Positions 1-13,156 of a stretch of DNA of 64,000 bases are shown here, piece after piece (position 1 is the stretch's first letter; each line of letters starts with the position of its first letter). Both the position numbers and the translations under genes were made by a program. Origin of the DNA: Eledone cirrhosa (Eukaryota); contig OZ024745.1 of the NCBI GenBank assembly GCA_964016885.1, forward strand, positions 118,048,001-118,112,000. Direction: 5' to 3'. Under the pieces are notes generated by a model. The model made no database searches, was not told where the DNA came from, and saw only the letters and a list, made by a program, of their open reading frames with translations.

Positions 1-102
1 TTTGTTTAGGAAGTCCATTAACTCCAAGTTGTCCTTCTAGACAAGCGTGAAATTGCAGAGTTGTTTGTTGTGTAGGCTTCAGTGGATGTTGTTGTTGCTG
101 CC

Positions 103-190
103 AGTCATACACTGGGTCGATATAATCGACCCCCCCCCCACCCCCACCCCCAAAAAAATTGCTGGCCTTGTGCCTATATAAGAAACCATT
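103..190 (+). mobile_element. 3' fragment of tRNA-derived SINE family A
   Basis: ctgggtcgatataatcgacc...aattgctggccttgtgcc...agaaacca matches the 3' part of the copies at 2-3 kb and 57 kb. Confidence 0.75.
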
Positions 191-417
191 GCTTCTGTAG
201 TAATTTAACTTCTTGTGTATTATGTTACGTTTGGAATATGTTGGGTGTTGGATTATTTTCTTCGCCGTTTAGTCTGTTCGACTTCAGCCAGGGCCGTCCT
301 CTTTTCTCTCTCACATTTAATACTCTCTCTCTCAGCAGAGATTCCATGTTGCGAGTAAGGAGTAGAGAGGTGTGTGGCTTCTTTTGAGGACTAGTCGAAT
401 TGTGGTTCAGGGAGAAT

Positions 418-519
418 TTGTTGTTGTTGTTGTTGTTGTCGTTGTTGGTGGTGTTGGTGTTGTTGTTGTTGTTGTTGTTGTTGTGCTGGTGGTGGTGGTG
501 GTGGTGGTCCTTCACCTCC

Positions 520-552
<33 letters not shown>
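418..552. repeat. Compound triplet microsatellite (GTT)n-(GGT)n-(CTG)n
   Basis: Directly visible. Confidence 0.95.
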
Positions 553-554
<2 letters not shown>

Positions 555-2013
555 GTTTGGTTTTGTTGATAATGCTGTGGTTTCTCTTCGTCATGTAGTT
601 TTAGTTGATGCTGCGGCTGTGCTGTTGGCAGTAGTGCAGGTTTTCGTTGTGATCAAGCAGCCATAAGGTTTGTGCTCCTACAAGAATAAGACCTAGGCTT
701 TCTACTTTCGACTAAAACCCGCGGCTGCGGATCATTTGGAAATTCAATCTGATCGGGTATCTTGTCTGGAGTTTCTGATATAATTTGGATTAGAATTTCC
801 AATCTGATACCCGACTAGTTGTCTTTTCGTGACTTTTTTTTCTAGAATTCTGTCCGCCCCTTCTAGGATCCAACCAAAAGCCAGCCACCCATCCATCAGA
901 AATCTAGCTCTGGTGGCACTTCCGAAAATTTTACTATGATGACTCTTTGGCACCTGTACGTTGGAAAGAGTACCTGTTCTGTACTCTTGCAGAAAACATG
1001 CTCTTTCATATAGGCATCAGATATTTTTCGATTTGTCCGTGAGATGCCGTTTCTATACGTCGGCTTTTAATATTCAACATCGGTATATCACCGTTCTTTT
1101 GGCTCTTCCAGTAGTTGTTGAGGTGCAGCCCTCTGTGTTTACGATTTTCCAAACCTCTTCCATGTGCATATGGCACTTTCCCAGGGATACAACGATTTTG
1201 CCTCTCCAGCAAAGGAATCAACCTTGAGCGCACTACTATAGGTGTTGCCATTGCTGATGTTGTTATTGTTGGTTGGAGTTGTGGTGGTGGTGGAGGAGAT
1301 GCTGCTGCTGCTGCTGTTGTCTATTCCAGCTATCACTAAAGCAGTGGCGGTGCTGCTGGTGGTAGTGGAGTTGATGGCAGTGGTAGTGGTAGTGACAGTG
1401 GAGATGGTGTTTGGATTTAACATAAGAAACTTTCGCTGAAATTCTCCAAAATCTTTCGAAATTGTTAGTTTTTCCAAATGCTTCTTTTGTTTTAGTGGTG
1501 GTGGTGGTGGTGGTAGTTGAAGTGGTTGCGGCTGGTAGAAATAGAACTGTTATTGATTCTTGTTGTTTTGTTGTGGATGATGGTGTAACTGAGGTTTGTT
1601 TGTTGATTTCTACTGATTTGTTTGACCAGTTGAAGGTTAGCAACGGAGTCTATAAATAGGTTTGTGCCGCCTTTCCCTTTCAAGTCTTTGGGGCTGCTAT
1701 CAAAATTAGTCAAAATATTTTGAGAGGAAGGAGGTGATGTTATTTCCAGAACTGTTGATTTGTGTTCTCCCTTCGCCATTTTGTTTTTGTTTGTTTGCTT
1801 TTAAAGCACGAAGCTTATGAATTTTTGTTTTTAAATGAAGCCTCTTTGTCCGATCCTCTGTGAAAGAAATTCTTTCCAGATATCTGGACAAAGTCCTTAT
1901 CTAAACGCCTGAATAAAATATGTAGACGAAGTCACTGAAATAAAAACAAGATTTGAACATTAACTCACCCCCGACAGGTGTGGTTCGATGATGACTTCTT
2001 TTTTAATAATAAT

Positions 2014-2978
2014 TATTATTTCTACTATAAGTTCAAGGCCAACAATCTGAAGGGGAGGGAAAGTCGTTTAAATCGACCCCAGTACATTACTTGTGCTTTA
2101 TTTTATCGACCCCGTAAGGATGAAAGGCAAAGCTAACATTGGCGGGATTTGAACTCAGAACGTAAAGGAACGCAACTCTATGCCGCTAAGCATGTTATCT
2201 GGCGCTCCACCGATTCTGCCAATTCAGTAATAATTGTTTCTACTTTTGGCACAAGGCCAGCAATTATCCAAGTGTATTACTGGTACTTTATTTTATCGAG
2301 CCCGTAAGGATGAAAGGCAAAGTTAACCTCGAATGGTTTCTTATATTGGCACAAGGCCAGCAATTTTTGGGGGAGGGGAAAGTCGATTAGATCGACCCTA
2401 GTGCGTGACTGGTACTTTATTTTATCGACCCGGTAAACATTAAAGGCAAAGCTTAACTCGGCGCGATTTTAACTCAGGTCATAAAGGGCCATAACTCTAT
2501 GCTGCAAAACATAGCGTCCAATCCTCTACCGATACTGCCAATCCACCGCCTTCTTTTTTAATAATAATAATTGTTTCTACTTTAGGCACAAGGCCAACAA
2601 TGAAAGTCGATTAAATCGACCCCAATACATTACTGGTGCTTTATTTTATCGACCCCGTAAGGATGAAAGGCAGAGCTAACCTCGGCGGGATTTGAACTCA
2701 GAACGTAAAGGAAAGTAACTCTATGCCGCTAAGCATTTTGTCCGACGCTCTACCGATTCTGCAATCCAATAATAATAATAATATTAATAATTGTTTCTAC
2801 TATTGGCACAAGGCCAGAAATTACCCAGTACATTACTGGTACTTTATTTTATCGACCCTGTAAGGATGAAAGGCAAAGTTAACCTCGGCGGGATTTGAAC
2901 TCAGAATGGCAAGGGCCGTAACTCTATGCGTCAAAGCATGGCGTCCGACCCTCTACCGATACTGCCAATCCACCGCCA
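2014..2978 (-). mobile_element. Tandem cluster of about 5 copies/fragments of tRNA-derived SINE family A
   Basis: The reverse strand repeatedly shows A box tggcagtatcgg, B box gttcaaatcc, central gcctttcatccttacggggtcgataaa (Meta/MESC-like core, from recall) and an agtagaaacaattatt tail. Confidence 0.9.
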
Positions 2979-3269
2979 TAATATTAATAATAATAATAAA
3001 ACTACTGTAGGACTACAAAAATATTTTGAAGACCTTGCGCTATCATTTTTAAAGGAGTACTATGTCACTTACTTCTTTTTTCGGTAAAAGAAGGGAGAGA
3101 AGCTGACAGATTCTGTTTCACGCTGTTGGCGATACTGTTTCACGCTGTTGCCGAAAATTATAGAGGCTGGATTCTTATAGAATTCCAGTAATAATCAAGA
3201 ACTGATTATACAGAGCGGTTGCCTGTCCAGCAAAAAAAAAAAAATATATATATATATATATATATCGCT

Positions 3270-3745
3270 CTCCAGCGCTACTGGTAACATGAAATCAAGT
3301 ACAATCCGTGCATGGTTGGGTCGTGGCCGACTAAACCGGCAACCCCACACTGCGAAATAAAAAACAAAACCCATCGGAGGTACTCAGGCGAGTCAACAGC
3401 CATCCAATAAATAATGTTTTTTTTGTTTCGTAGAGCGAGGGACTCCTAGTTTTCATTAAGACATCTCTCTAGAAGGTCACTCTAATATAAAACCTGTGAC
3501 TTCTTTTGTATCCAATGATGTAGACCAGTTCTACTTTTTGGGCAAATGCATTCGATGTTCAGAGAGTGGGATTGGCCTTTCCTCACTTAAAAATGCTTCA
3601 AGCACAGGCATCGCTTGATATGATGTTCTCTTTTGCGATGCATGGCATTGCAGGCCATAGTCAAGTTCCTAACAGGACTAAAAGGTCAGCTCCGTGATGC
3701 TCATGCATAAGTATCAAGCGATGGCATTACTTGAAATCGAGTTGC
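3270..3745 (+). mobile_element. Unclassified dispersed repeat, second copy inverted at ~29440-29935
   Basis: Blocks catggttgggtcgtggccgactaaaccggcaacccc, gagtcaacagccatccaa and cagagagtgggattgg have close reverse-complement matches at 29.6-29.9 kb. Confidence 0.7.
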
Positions 3746-3853
3746 AGCCATCATCATCATCATGGGTGTGTGTGTGTATACATACACGCACACTCACACA
3801 CACCTCTGTTTCTCTCTGTTTCTCTCTCTCTCTCCCTCTCTCTCTCTCTCTCA

Positions 3854-3909
<56 letters not shown>

Positions 3910-4084
3910 GCTAGCTTTGCTCGGACGCTGGCCATGTTTCCTTTTCTCTGTGATAATCTTATAAATAACCTTATACATCTCAAAAAGTACTTGAGTACCC
4001 TTTTATATTTAACTCCGATTTCCTGTAAAAGATAAGTTATTATTTTTCTGTGTGGATATTTCTTATTATTTTGCGTTTTAAGCG

Positions 4085-4272
4085 ATAGATTGGCAGTATC
4101 GGTAGAGGGTCAAACACCATTCGTTGTAGCATAGAGTTATGTCCCTTGACGGTTTGAGTTCAAATCCAACCGAGGTTAACTTTGCCTTTCATCCTTACGA
4201 GGTCGATAAAGTAAAGTACCAGTAATGCATTGGGGTAATTGCTGACCTTGTGCCAAAAATAGAAACAATTGT
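4085..4272 (+). mobile_element. SINE family A, near full length
   Basis: ttggcagtatcggtagag...gagttcaaatcc...gcctttcatccttacgaggtcgataaa...agaaacaatt. Confidence 0.9.
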
Positions 4273-4463
4273 TTTTCGTTTTAAAAGAGATTTCGGCTTC
4301 TTTGATATTTTTATCTATCTTTTTTTAATATATAAAAGAATATGTGGAAATTTTTTTTTCATTTTTTCCATTTATCGTTTTCGGTACACCTGGCCGACTA
4401 ACTCACTCGTTATGCAAATTAGGCTGCTCAGCCGTTAATATATACTTTCAAATGTTCAATCCT

Positions 4464-4532
4464 CTGACAGGAAGGTATACGATGCTGATGACAGCTAAGA
4501 AGCTAGAAACTAGTTCATCGTTCCTTTGTCAG
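4464..4532 (+). ncRNA. Type I hammerhead ribozyme with extended stem I
   Basis: ctgaca-ggaa-ggtata-cgatg CTGATGA cagct-aaga-agcta GAAA ctag TT catcg-ttcc-tt-tgtcag. Stem I cgatg/catcg plus distal ggaa/ttcc and ctgaca/tgtcag; palindromic stem III CTAG. Confidence 0.85.
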
Positions 4533-5099
4533 TGTTGAACAAAAGGGCAACGATGGTTGCCGAACACTGTAAGGCTTAATTCGGGCTGTTTGTTTACAAA
4601 CAAACCGAACATTATAATAAATGTTCGGTAAACCCATACGTACATATATATATATATATGTGTGCATGTATGTATATATATACATACTACTGTACGTCTG
4701 TATACATATATGTATGTACGTATACATACTTATATAAAAGAATATGTTTTTCGTTGTTATTGATATTAAAATACAATATATGTATGTTACCCGATATATA
4801 ATTTTAATTTACTTAGCATTTTTTAAACGTATATTGTATATAGTTCTCATATTATTATAATTACATAGAGACATAAGTACGTTGTACTATTAAGCTATCT
4901 ATCTATATCTCACCTATATTTATTATAGTATAGGATGGGATTAAATCCCATATGAATTCAAAACTGAAAATCACATGGAACCCACGTTAGCTTGAGACTC
5001 AGTATAGTTTCTTTGCCTATTTCATTAAATCCTACTTTGATTTAATTTTCCTACATTTAAGCTTTCCTACGACTCTATTATTAACATCACTGATATGAA

Positions 5100-5341
5100 T
5101 AACTAATAATCATTTGGTATACGTTGGATAAACGACTGGTTGTGACGGCCTTCCTCCTTGCACTCGCAACCTCTGCGTCTCTCCACCTTCCTAGAGTGCT
5201 TGGAAAAATAAATTACCATTTGTTTTTTTTGTAGACGAAAATACTTGGAACGGTTGGTAGGCCCTTAAGCCTTGGGTAGACCGGGAAATCGTCCGTTCAC
5301 TGGTTATTGACCGACAAACCACACTCCTTTATATAATATAG
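5100..5341 (-). mobile_element. Possible short Helitron-like element (related fragment ~5502-5620)
   Basis: Minus strand starts ctatattatataaagg...; ttcctagagtgcttggaaa is shared at ~5188 and ~5587; a CTAGT end lies near 5503. Confidence 0.3.
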
Positions 5342-6544
5342 TTCAGAACTATTTCACCCACCCTAGGAATATAATATCGATCAATGCAAAGGACCCAAAG
5401 CTAGATAGTGATCTAATCTAGTTTAATTTAGTTTTATTGTTTTTTACGTTTCAGCTTTACACTACTCTATCTTTAGAATCATTAACATAACTAGTATTTA
5501 TAACTAGTAACTGTCTGGCATAGGTTACTTCACCGGTCAACTGTACTGCGTCTTCTGGTCAAGTGGGGAAGGAGCTTGTGGACGTTTCCTAGAGTGCTTG
5601 GAAATAATGGAAATTTCCCCATTCTCGATATGAGATTTTACTCGGAAGTGTTCGTGGGTTTTCTCACACAACTTCCAATGTATTATCTCTGTATCCTCAT
5701 AATGCCGTCATTGCTTGAATTGATTTTGTGTAAGATTAAAACATTCACAAACAATATGTGATGTTTCGTTGCAGTCATTGCACACTCTGCTCAAAGGTGA
5801 TACTTGTTCGTTTCTTTAGTGATCCTTGTTCGTTTCTTTAGTGAACATGCCACTTAGTGGTCAGTGCCTCAGCCTGGGCAGCAAAAATTGTATTTATTTT
5901 TTCAGTACGCCTTGTTTTAACCAACCCCATCTTTGTTACCCTGCTACTACAACTGAGACAATGTGAAACTGTAGTTCTTTGTTGAGTACTTCTTTCATAT
6001 GTTCCTCTTGTATTCCGTGTGTAGTTTTTCCCTGTCACTAACTTTAGGGCTCGTTTCTTTTCTTACTTTTACCAACAATCTTTCATTGTTTTCAGGCAAG
6101 TATTTCAAGAAGCAATCTTCTTCAATCTTAACACAATTCTCTACATTTATCAAACCACTGCCTCGTTCAGCAATTGTCGTCTTTTTCTATCCAATTACTT
6201 CCGTCCACTTTATAATTCCTGCCCCGCATCGCACAGTTGCAACTACTCTAGCCTTAATTCCTGAGATCATGATTCTTCTATCGTTATGATGGTATGACAC
6301 ACCTGTTTTGTATATCAGTATGAAACGAGGGTAACACCCAAGCTATTCACCAGGTTTAATTCCGAACTACCAACGAGAGACTACAACAAGACTCCGTACA
6401 CACAGTTCCCATGACAATTCACTTCAGTTCTTATTTATAGTTTCGCCTAGTCCACTTTTAGTTACGCGGGGATGTTCAGGGATTTTCCCCACAACACCTA
6501 TTCAATTTTGACCCAAGTATTTTTCGCTAAGATCACTCCGTATC

Positions 6545-7362
6545 TCTTAGGAAAAGCATAGAGCTCGAGGTAGTCCTGGACATGAACAATAGTGTAGATG
6601 GTGCCTTTAGATGGGTGGCCATCTACGCCCCGACCGGGGCCTGACGGCCAGCTATTTTAGATGCCAGGAAGCCTTTCTCAGAACGCCCTTCCCTTTAGTG
6701 TTAACAGGGGAATTGTGTGGGAATAGCTGATAGAAGTGGAGTTGCAAAAACCTCAAGTACCTGATCAGCCAGTTCCAACTGTCTGGCAGGTACTGACTAG
6801 AGTTCCCTAATGCACCAGTGTGGACCTGGACCAATCATCTAGATCATATGTAGATATTTTTTTTTTATTAGGTCAATAGATAAGGATAGTATAGGTTGTC
6901 CACACTTTCAAACGGTCAACTATTCAGATCACAAGTTTGTGATCTGCATGGTCGAACTTGATAAAACACGAAGGTTAGGACCTGGTTACTGGAAGCTGAA
7001 CATATCATTTCTGGCACGTAAGGCTTACAGGGACCGGGTCAACAATTTAGTTAAGTAAACGTTGACAGGAAGGTCATCAACAACAGGTGGTGGTGGTGGT
7101 GGGGCTCTCAAAAGAGAGATTAGAGTAATTTCGATAGAGTTTAGCAAAGAAGTAGCGTTAGAGAAAAATAGAAAGGGGGGGGGGGTAGCTAAATTAGATG
7201 AGGCTATTTGTAGTGGTATTGCAACTGACGTGCTAGCGGAAAGAATGGCATTAGATGTGAAACACGAAGGTTGCATTGTCAGAGCTAAGGCGTGTGCTCT
7301 GAGAAACGAGGGAATAAAAGCTCTTCGATGGGTCTGCGTGACAAGAGGCAGAGCTTGGTAAC
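6545..7362 (+). pseudogene. Tx1/L1-like LINE ORF2 fragment: apurinic-like endonuclease and downstream region
   Basis: Frameshifted translation VLDMNNSVDGAFRWVAIYAP...LVLTGE...NAPVWTWTN...CPHFQTVNYSDHKFV...GPGYWKLNISFL...GCIVRAK. YAP, SDH and GYWKLN are L1/Tx1 endonuclease hallmarks. Confidence 0.85.
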
Positions 7363-7484
7363 AAAACCACAATTTGGTCTTTATTGTTGTTGTTATTATT
7401 TATATAATTGAAAAGTGAATTATAAGCTTTCACCCCATTTTAGACTACAGAAAATAGTTTAATAACAGACTATATAAGCTCCAC

Positions 7485-7550
7485 TGTATGTGTGGTGGTG
7501 TTGAACCCACACACCTTGTTTGCCACACAAATGTGCTACCATTTCCGCCA
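7485..7550 (-). mobile_element. tRNA-like Pol III head (SINE relic)
   Basis: Reverse strand has A box tggcggaaatgg and B box ggttcaacacc; no intact cloverleaf. Confidence 0.4.
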
Positions 7551-8197
7551 AATGTTCACCTATCTTTCACTGTTATATTCTGAAGAAAGTGAGTGTGTTT
7601 AGAAGACTATGAGTGAAATAAATTACTACATCTTCTAATGTTAGACTTTTCCTCTGGTATGATGTAAACAGATATTAACATATTTTTAACTTTTCAATGC
7701 AGGAGAAATTGTGTTGTTCTTGGTATTGTTGTATAGACGATAGTCAGAATTGATTGAGAAGACCTATGACTTGTATGTAGAGAGCTTAACAATTCAATGG
7801 GATTCATAGAATTGTTCCCGGGGATATACAATACCTCTACTTGGTTGAACCATAGTACACATATATATTGCAGATGAGGGGGTTGTGAAGCTTATGAAGT
7901 GCAGTATGATTATCTGGACATGGTGGTAGTATGGTGATGTGTAGGGGAAATGGTAGCAAAGTTGTTGGTTCATAGTAAAATTGTAATTAGAAGTGTTGGT
8001 GGTTGAGGTAATGGAGGGTAACAAGGATGGTTTTAAAGATTGAGGCTAAATGGTATGGGCCGTGGTGGTAGATTGGTAATAGTAGCATAGTGATATTTAA
8101 GCATCCATATATCTATATATTTCTACACATCTCTATACCCACTCTACATCTCACCATGTATATATGACTAGTGGTCTCCTTTGTCTCAGCACTAAAG

Positions 8198-8282
<85 letters not shown>

Positions 8283-8287
<5 letters not shown>

Positions 8288-8730
8288 AGGTGAGATTGGA
8301 AATAGCATGGAAAATATATTTAAGTGATTGTTTTTCTTTTTTTTTCTTTTCTGAAAAAATGAGAGGGACAATTCTTTTAAAAAAAGAGTTTTATAATTTA
8401 TATAAAGTATTACCGGTTTCGATATATTAGTAAAATTCATCTTATCAAGTCTCCTTCTCAACAAGGAAGATGCAAAAATTTACCTCAACATTTTAAATCT
8501 TTAATTTTTAGTTTTTAATCCTTATTAATTCTTTTTAATTGTAATACTCAACATTTGATAAGATGAATTTTACTAATACATCGAAACCGGTTATACTTTA
8601 TATACATTATAAAACTCTTGTTTTAAAAGAATTGTCCCTCATTTTTTCAATATTGTCACTTTGACGAATCAAAGAAAAACAGACCTTTAAATATATTTTC
8701 CATTCTATTTCCAATCTCACCTTTTCTCTA
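8283..8730. mobile_element. Fold-back (inverted pLTR-like) element next to (TA)n/(GA)n with a hammerhead-like core in both arms
   Basis: ~165-bp imperfect inverted arms (8283-8448 / 8555-8730). Each carries TTGATAA gatg...(c/t)atc GAAA ccgg T(T/A); stem I is eroded. Confidence 0.7.
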
Positions 8731-9679
8731 TAACCACTGTTTTGTATAGAACCTTACTTCACTTTTCATATATATATATAAAGTGCTCTAGCTTATCAAG
8801 GTAAGATTTATAACTATTTTGGAATTTGATATAGAAAGAAGAAAATGTGTTACGGAGAGAGAGGGGAAACAACCTTCTTCGACAATGACACTTTCTATTG
8901 CTTTATCTAAACAAATTCATGAATGTTATTTTAATGATCTTTTTTTTTTCTATCTATCCTCCTTTCCTTGTTTAGCCAAACATGTATTTGTTATTTACCT
9001 GCAAATCACTTAATAAACACAGGAATTTTATTTTCAAATAAGTAAGGATAATTACAAAAAGAAACGAGGAAATAAAACTGAACAAATATTTGTAAACTGA
9101 AGAAAGTAATTGAAGAATAAAATCGAAATTTATGATTTTATTTAGTGAATCTTTCTGTGTTTGTTTAGTGCTACTTAATAGCATCTACACCGATACATCT
9201 ACACCTATACATCTACACCTATACATACACACATATACATCCACACCTATACATACACACCTATATTTACACACCTATATATACAGGCGGCATATTGAGT
9301 ATTGAAAACATACCTGATGTAATCAATAACCAGAAAATATACAACACATTCGCAATAAGTCTAATACACACACAAACACTCACACAGATACACACATATA
9401 TATAAGAAACAATCATCTGCCAATCACATTCTCAAATGTGCACATACACACACACATACATACACATTGGACATATGTATGTATGTGTAATTTAATTTAT
9501 GTATATTGAATTATATATTGTATGAGTGCATATATGTATACACATATATAATTATATATCATCATCTTCATCATTATCATTTTGCCTCTGCACACATGCA
9601 CACACACACACAAATGCACACACACATTCACACACAAACAAGCACATGCGCACACATGTGTGTGTGCAATAAATAAATA

Positions 9680-10180
9680 TAGCGCAACTAATTAGGGAAA
9701 GAGTCAAACTAGATGAGATGCAGTTTGGTTGTGTGCGAGAAAGGAGCACCACAGATGCCCTTTTCTGAGAGAAGCAACTCCTAGAAAAGTTGCTAGCTTA
9801 GTGTAAGTTGGTATATCTAGATTTTGTAGATCTGGAAAAGGCCATTTGTAGATTCTACGATCTGTTATCTTGTGGCCATCAAAGGAAACTGGGTGTAGAT
9901 TCTTGAGAGCAGTCCAAGCTATGTAGAGAGAAGCTGTCAGTAAAATGAAGGTAGGTAATGAGCTTCGTGAGGAATTTAATGTGTAGGTAGGTGTTCATTA
10001 AGGTTAAGTCCTCTGCCTCCTTTTATTATAGTTCTTCTGGCCATAACACAGAAGTGTAAGACTGGCTGTCTATGGGAAATTGTTTCTTTTAGCTAAATAT
10101 GTTGAAGGCATTGAGAAAAAGTCAAATAAGCTTCTTAATCCATTAGGAAAGTGGCCATGTTTGATATGTAGAAACACCTC
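9680..10180 (+). pseudogene. Degenerate RTE LINE reverse-transcriptase fragment
   Basis: AQLIRERVKLDEMQFG...STTDA...FVDLEKA; collinear with 32742-33266. Confidence 0.8.
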
Positions 10181-10586
10181 TATATACCACCAAACACATT
10201 CCTCAGCACACACATAACCTTCAAATTCCTATTCACCTATTCACCTATTGTAGAAAATATATCTCCTTGGATTAATAGTTCCAAGTGTGATATTTATTGA
10301 GAAAATTCCAACTACCAACTATCAAAAATAATCTAATTCCCACTGAAGAATTTACCATGCTGCAAAAGATGGTCACACACAGGGAAAAGGAACATTCAGT
10401 TATTCATCAACACTAAAGTACTAAGTAGTTCAGCGATTAGAGAATTAGATTCACATATATATATATATATGTGTGTGTGTTTATTCAAACACAAACACAT
10501 AAACACATATGTATGCACAGACATGTGTTTATTGCAATATGCTTGTTTATATGCTACAAGCACTCAAAGCATTTAGCTGTATACAT

Positions 10587-10860
10587 ATCATCATCATCAT
10601 CATCATCACAATCACTGTTTACTGTTTATTTTCCATACCTGTATGGGTTAGATGGACTATCCAATTCTGAAGCTAAACCAGCCAGGTGACCACATCTAGC
10701 TCACATGTTCCATAATTTGGTATGATTCTACAGCTGGGTGCCCTATTTAATCATGGGACTAGTCTTACCACCTTACAAAGTGGACTGGGTGCTTTTAATC
10801 ATGACACCATCATTGCACTTTACAGTATGGACTGAGAGCATTTTAATGTCGAACCAATAC
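10587..10860 (-). mobile_element. RTE 3'UTR / RTE-tailed element end with (GAT)n tail (sister copy 12268-12500)
   Basis: (CAT)n followed by ttttccatacctgtatgggttagatgg and ctacagctgggtgccct, similar to the RTE 3' ends elsewhere in the window. Confidence 0.65.
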
Positions 10861-11033
10861 TAGGAGTTTTGCCTTCAGCGGTTAATTCATCCTGTCTGAA
10901 ATAATTTGTTACTGAAACCAGAAGTCAAAGTCCCAGCAAATTGAAGAACTATAATAATATACCACTAACGTTGAGTCCTCCATTAGTAAATCTCTATTAT
11001 TCTTTATAATCTTTTAAGTCAGCAATCCCAACA

Positions 11034-11195
<162 letters not shown>

Positions 11196-11446
11196 TGTTT
11201 GTGAGGGTAGATATAGTTTTGTTTATGTATATCAAGAATGATTGCTTAAACAAGATAACTGTTTACCGGAGAATTTGACTCGTATATCATAAATACCCAA
11301 GTATTGCATATGATTGAACAATATATATGGTAGTCAGTATATGTAGACTATTATAATAAACAGTGAAACATATGTTAAAGCCAATAACTTCCTACTCTCC
11401 TTTCTCGCCAAAGTCTATATTTTTCTTGGTGCAATACTTGTTATAT

Positions 11447-11517
<71 letters not shown>

Positions 11518-11672
11518 AGTGTTTAGATCGATATCCAGTGATTTCGATCCTGTTTACAATTTCCTAAACAAATTCCTTTGGAGCACGTGCATAGGATTAA
11601 TTGTAATACAATATTCCAAGCCAGAAGCCTGAGCTATGAAAACAGTGTAATTACTGTATCGATTGATTAACA

Positions 11673-11731
<59 letters not shown>

Positions 11732-12647
11732 CGTTGTTGTTATAGTTGTGGTTATTGTTGTTGATGTGTTTGTTGTTGTCATTAAAAGCTAAATCTTCAT
11801 CAATGATGACTCATATTGTCAATTATTTAAATGTGATTGATGTGAAGAATCACTGTGACACAGTTTAAGCCAAAACATGTATAGACATCAACATTCCAAT
11901 TAGATTATTTGCTGATAAACAATTACAAATCACACCAGATAGTCTTCTATTGAATTGTTATGTGTATAACAACTATCTTCGATTTGGTTTTTATGTTTCC
12001 AGTATGATGATATATGTAAAACACTTTATTTCACGTTGTTCCAGTTCATTCAACTGTAGAAATGAGTTGCGACGTCACTGTTGCCAAGCTGTATCTGCCA
12101 CTAGCTTTCCCTTGGACGACATCAGTTACATGCAGAGGGGAGACTGGTATGCATGGCTGACTGGTATGCAAGGATGGCTGCTGGTCTTCCACAAACGTAC
12201 CTTTTGCTTGTTTGTATGCTACAGGACCACCATCAAGTAAAGCACTTATAGGATTTAGCTGTATACCTATCATCATCATCATCATCATCACCATCACTAT
12301 TTACTGTCTATTTTCCATACCTGTATGGGTTAGATGGACTGTCACATTCTGAAGCTAGACCAGCCAGGTGACCACATTTAGTATGGTTCTACAGCTGGGT
12401 GCCCTATTTAATGCCAACAACTGTACAGGGAGCATTTGATCAAGGCACTAGTGTTACCACCTTACAAAGTAGACTGGGTGCTTTACCATGGCACCATGGT
12501 ACAAAACCATGGTCATTCATGACCAAAGGGGGCCTAAAAGAATATTAGATGACAATAACTTTAAAGATAGAATGCATACAGTATAGCAGTAATATTTATA
12601 AAGAAACTGAATACAATGTGGTACAGCCGACATATTAGTTTAAAGGT

Positions 12648-13156
12648 TCTTCGAATGTTGTCAGGATTTTTCTAAATTTTAGAAATAAGCATTTTCCAGA
12701 GTACCATAAGATCTTTAAAAGAAATAATTGTTTCTACTTTTGACACAAGGCCAGCAATTACCCAGTACATTAATGGTACTTTATTTTATTGACCTCGTAA
12801 GAATGAAAGGTAAAGTTAACCTGCTGGAAAGCATGGCGTCCGACTCTCAACCGATACTGCCAATCCTCCGCTTTTCTTCTAATGTTGTCAGGATTTTTCT
12901 AAATTTTAAAAATAAGCATTTTCCAAAGTAGCATAAGATCTTTAATAGAAATAATTGTTTCTACTTTAGGCACAAGGCCAGCAGTTACCCAGTGCATTAC
13001 TAGTACTTTATTTTATCGACTCCGTAGGGATGAAAGGCAAAGTGAACCTCGGCGGGATTTGAACTCAGATCGTAAAGGGACGTAACTATGCTGGAAAGCA
13101 TGGCGTCCGACCCTCTACCGATACTGCCAATCCACTGCATCTTTAATAGAAATAAT
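12648..13156 (-). mobile_element. Tandem duplication of flank plus SINE A; second SINE has an 18-bp target-site duplication
   Basis: aatgttgtcaggatttttctaaatttt occurs at ~12654 and ~12881; atctttaatagaaataat flanks the SINE at 12938 and 13139. Confidence 0.8.

Larger units (their letters stand above)
1..1937 (-). pseudogene. Decayed ORF1 (gag-like, zinc-knuckle remnant) plus 5' leader of a Tx1/L1-like non-LTR retrotransposon, interrupted by triplet repeats
   Basis: One minus frame over ~1020-630 reads LFPTYRCQRVIIVKFSEVPPELDF*WM...SGIRLEILIQII...IPDQIEFPNDPQPRVLVESRKPRSYSCRSTNLMAA*, resembling the ORF1 pattern VEGRKPRCYxCxxxGHxAAxC. Multiple stops and frameshifts. aaaATGGCG start at 1779 and TCAGT near 1937. 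Family assignment is from recalled motifs. Confidence 0.55.
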
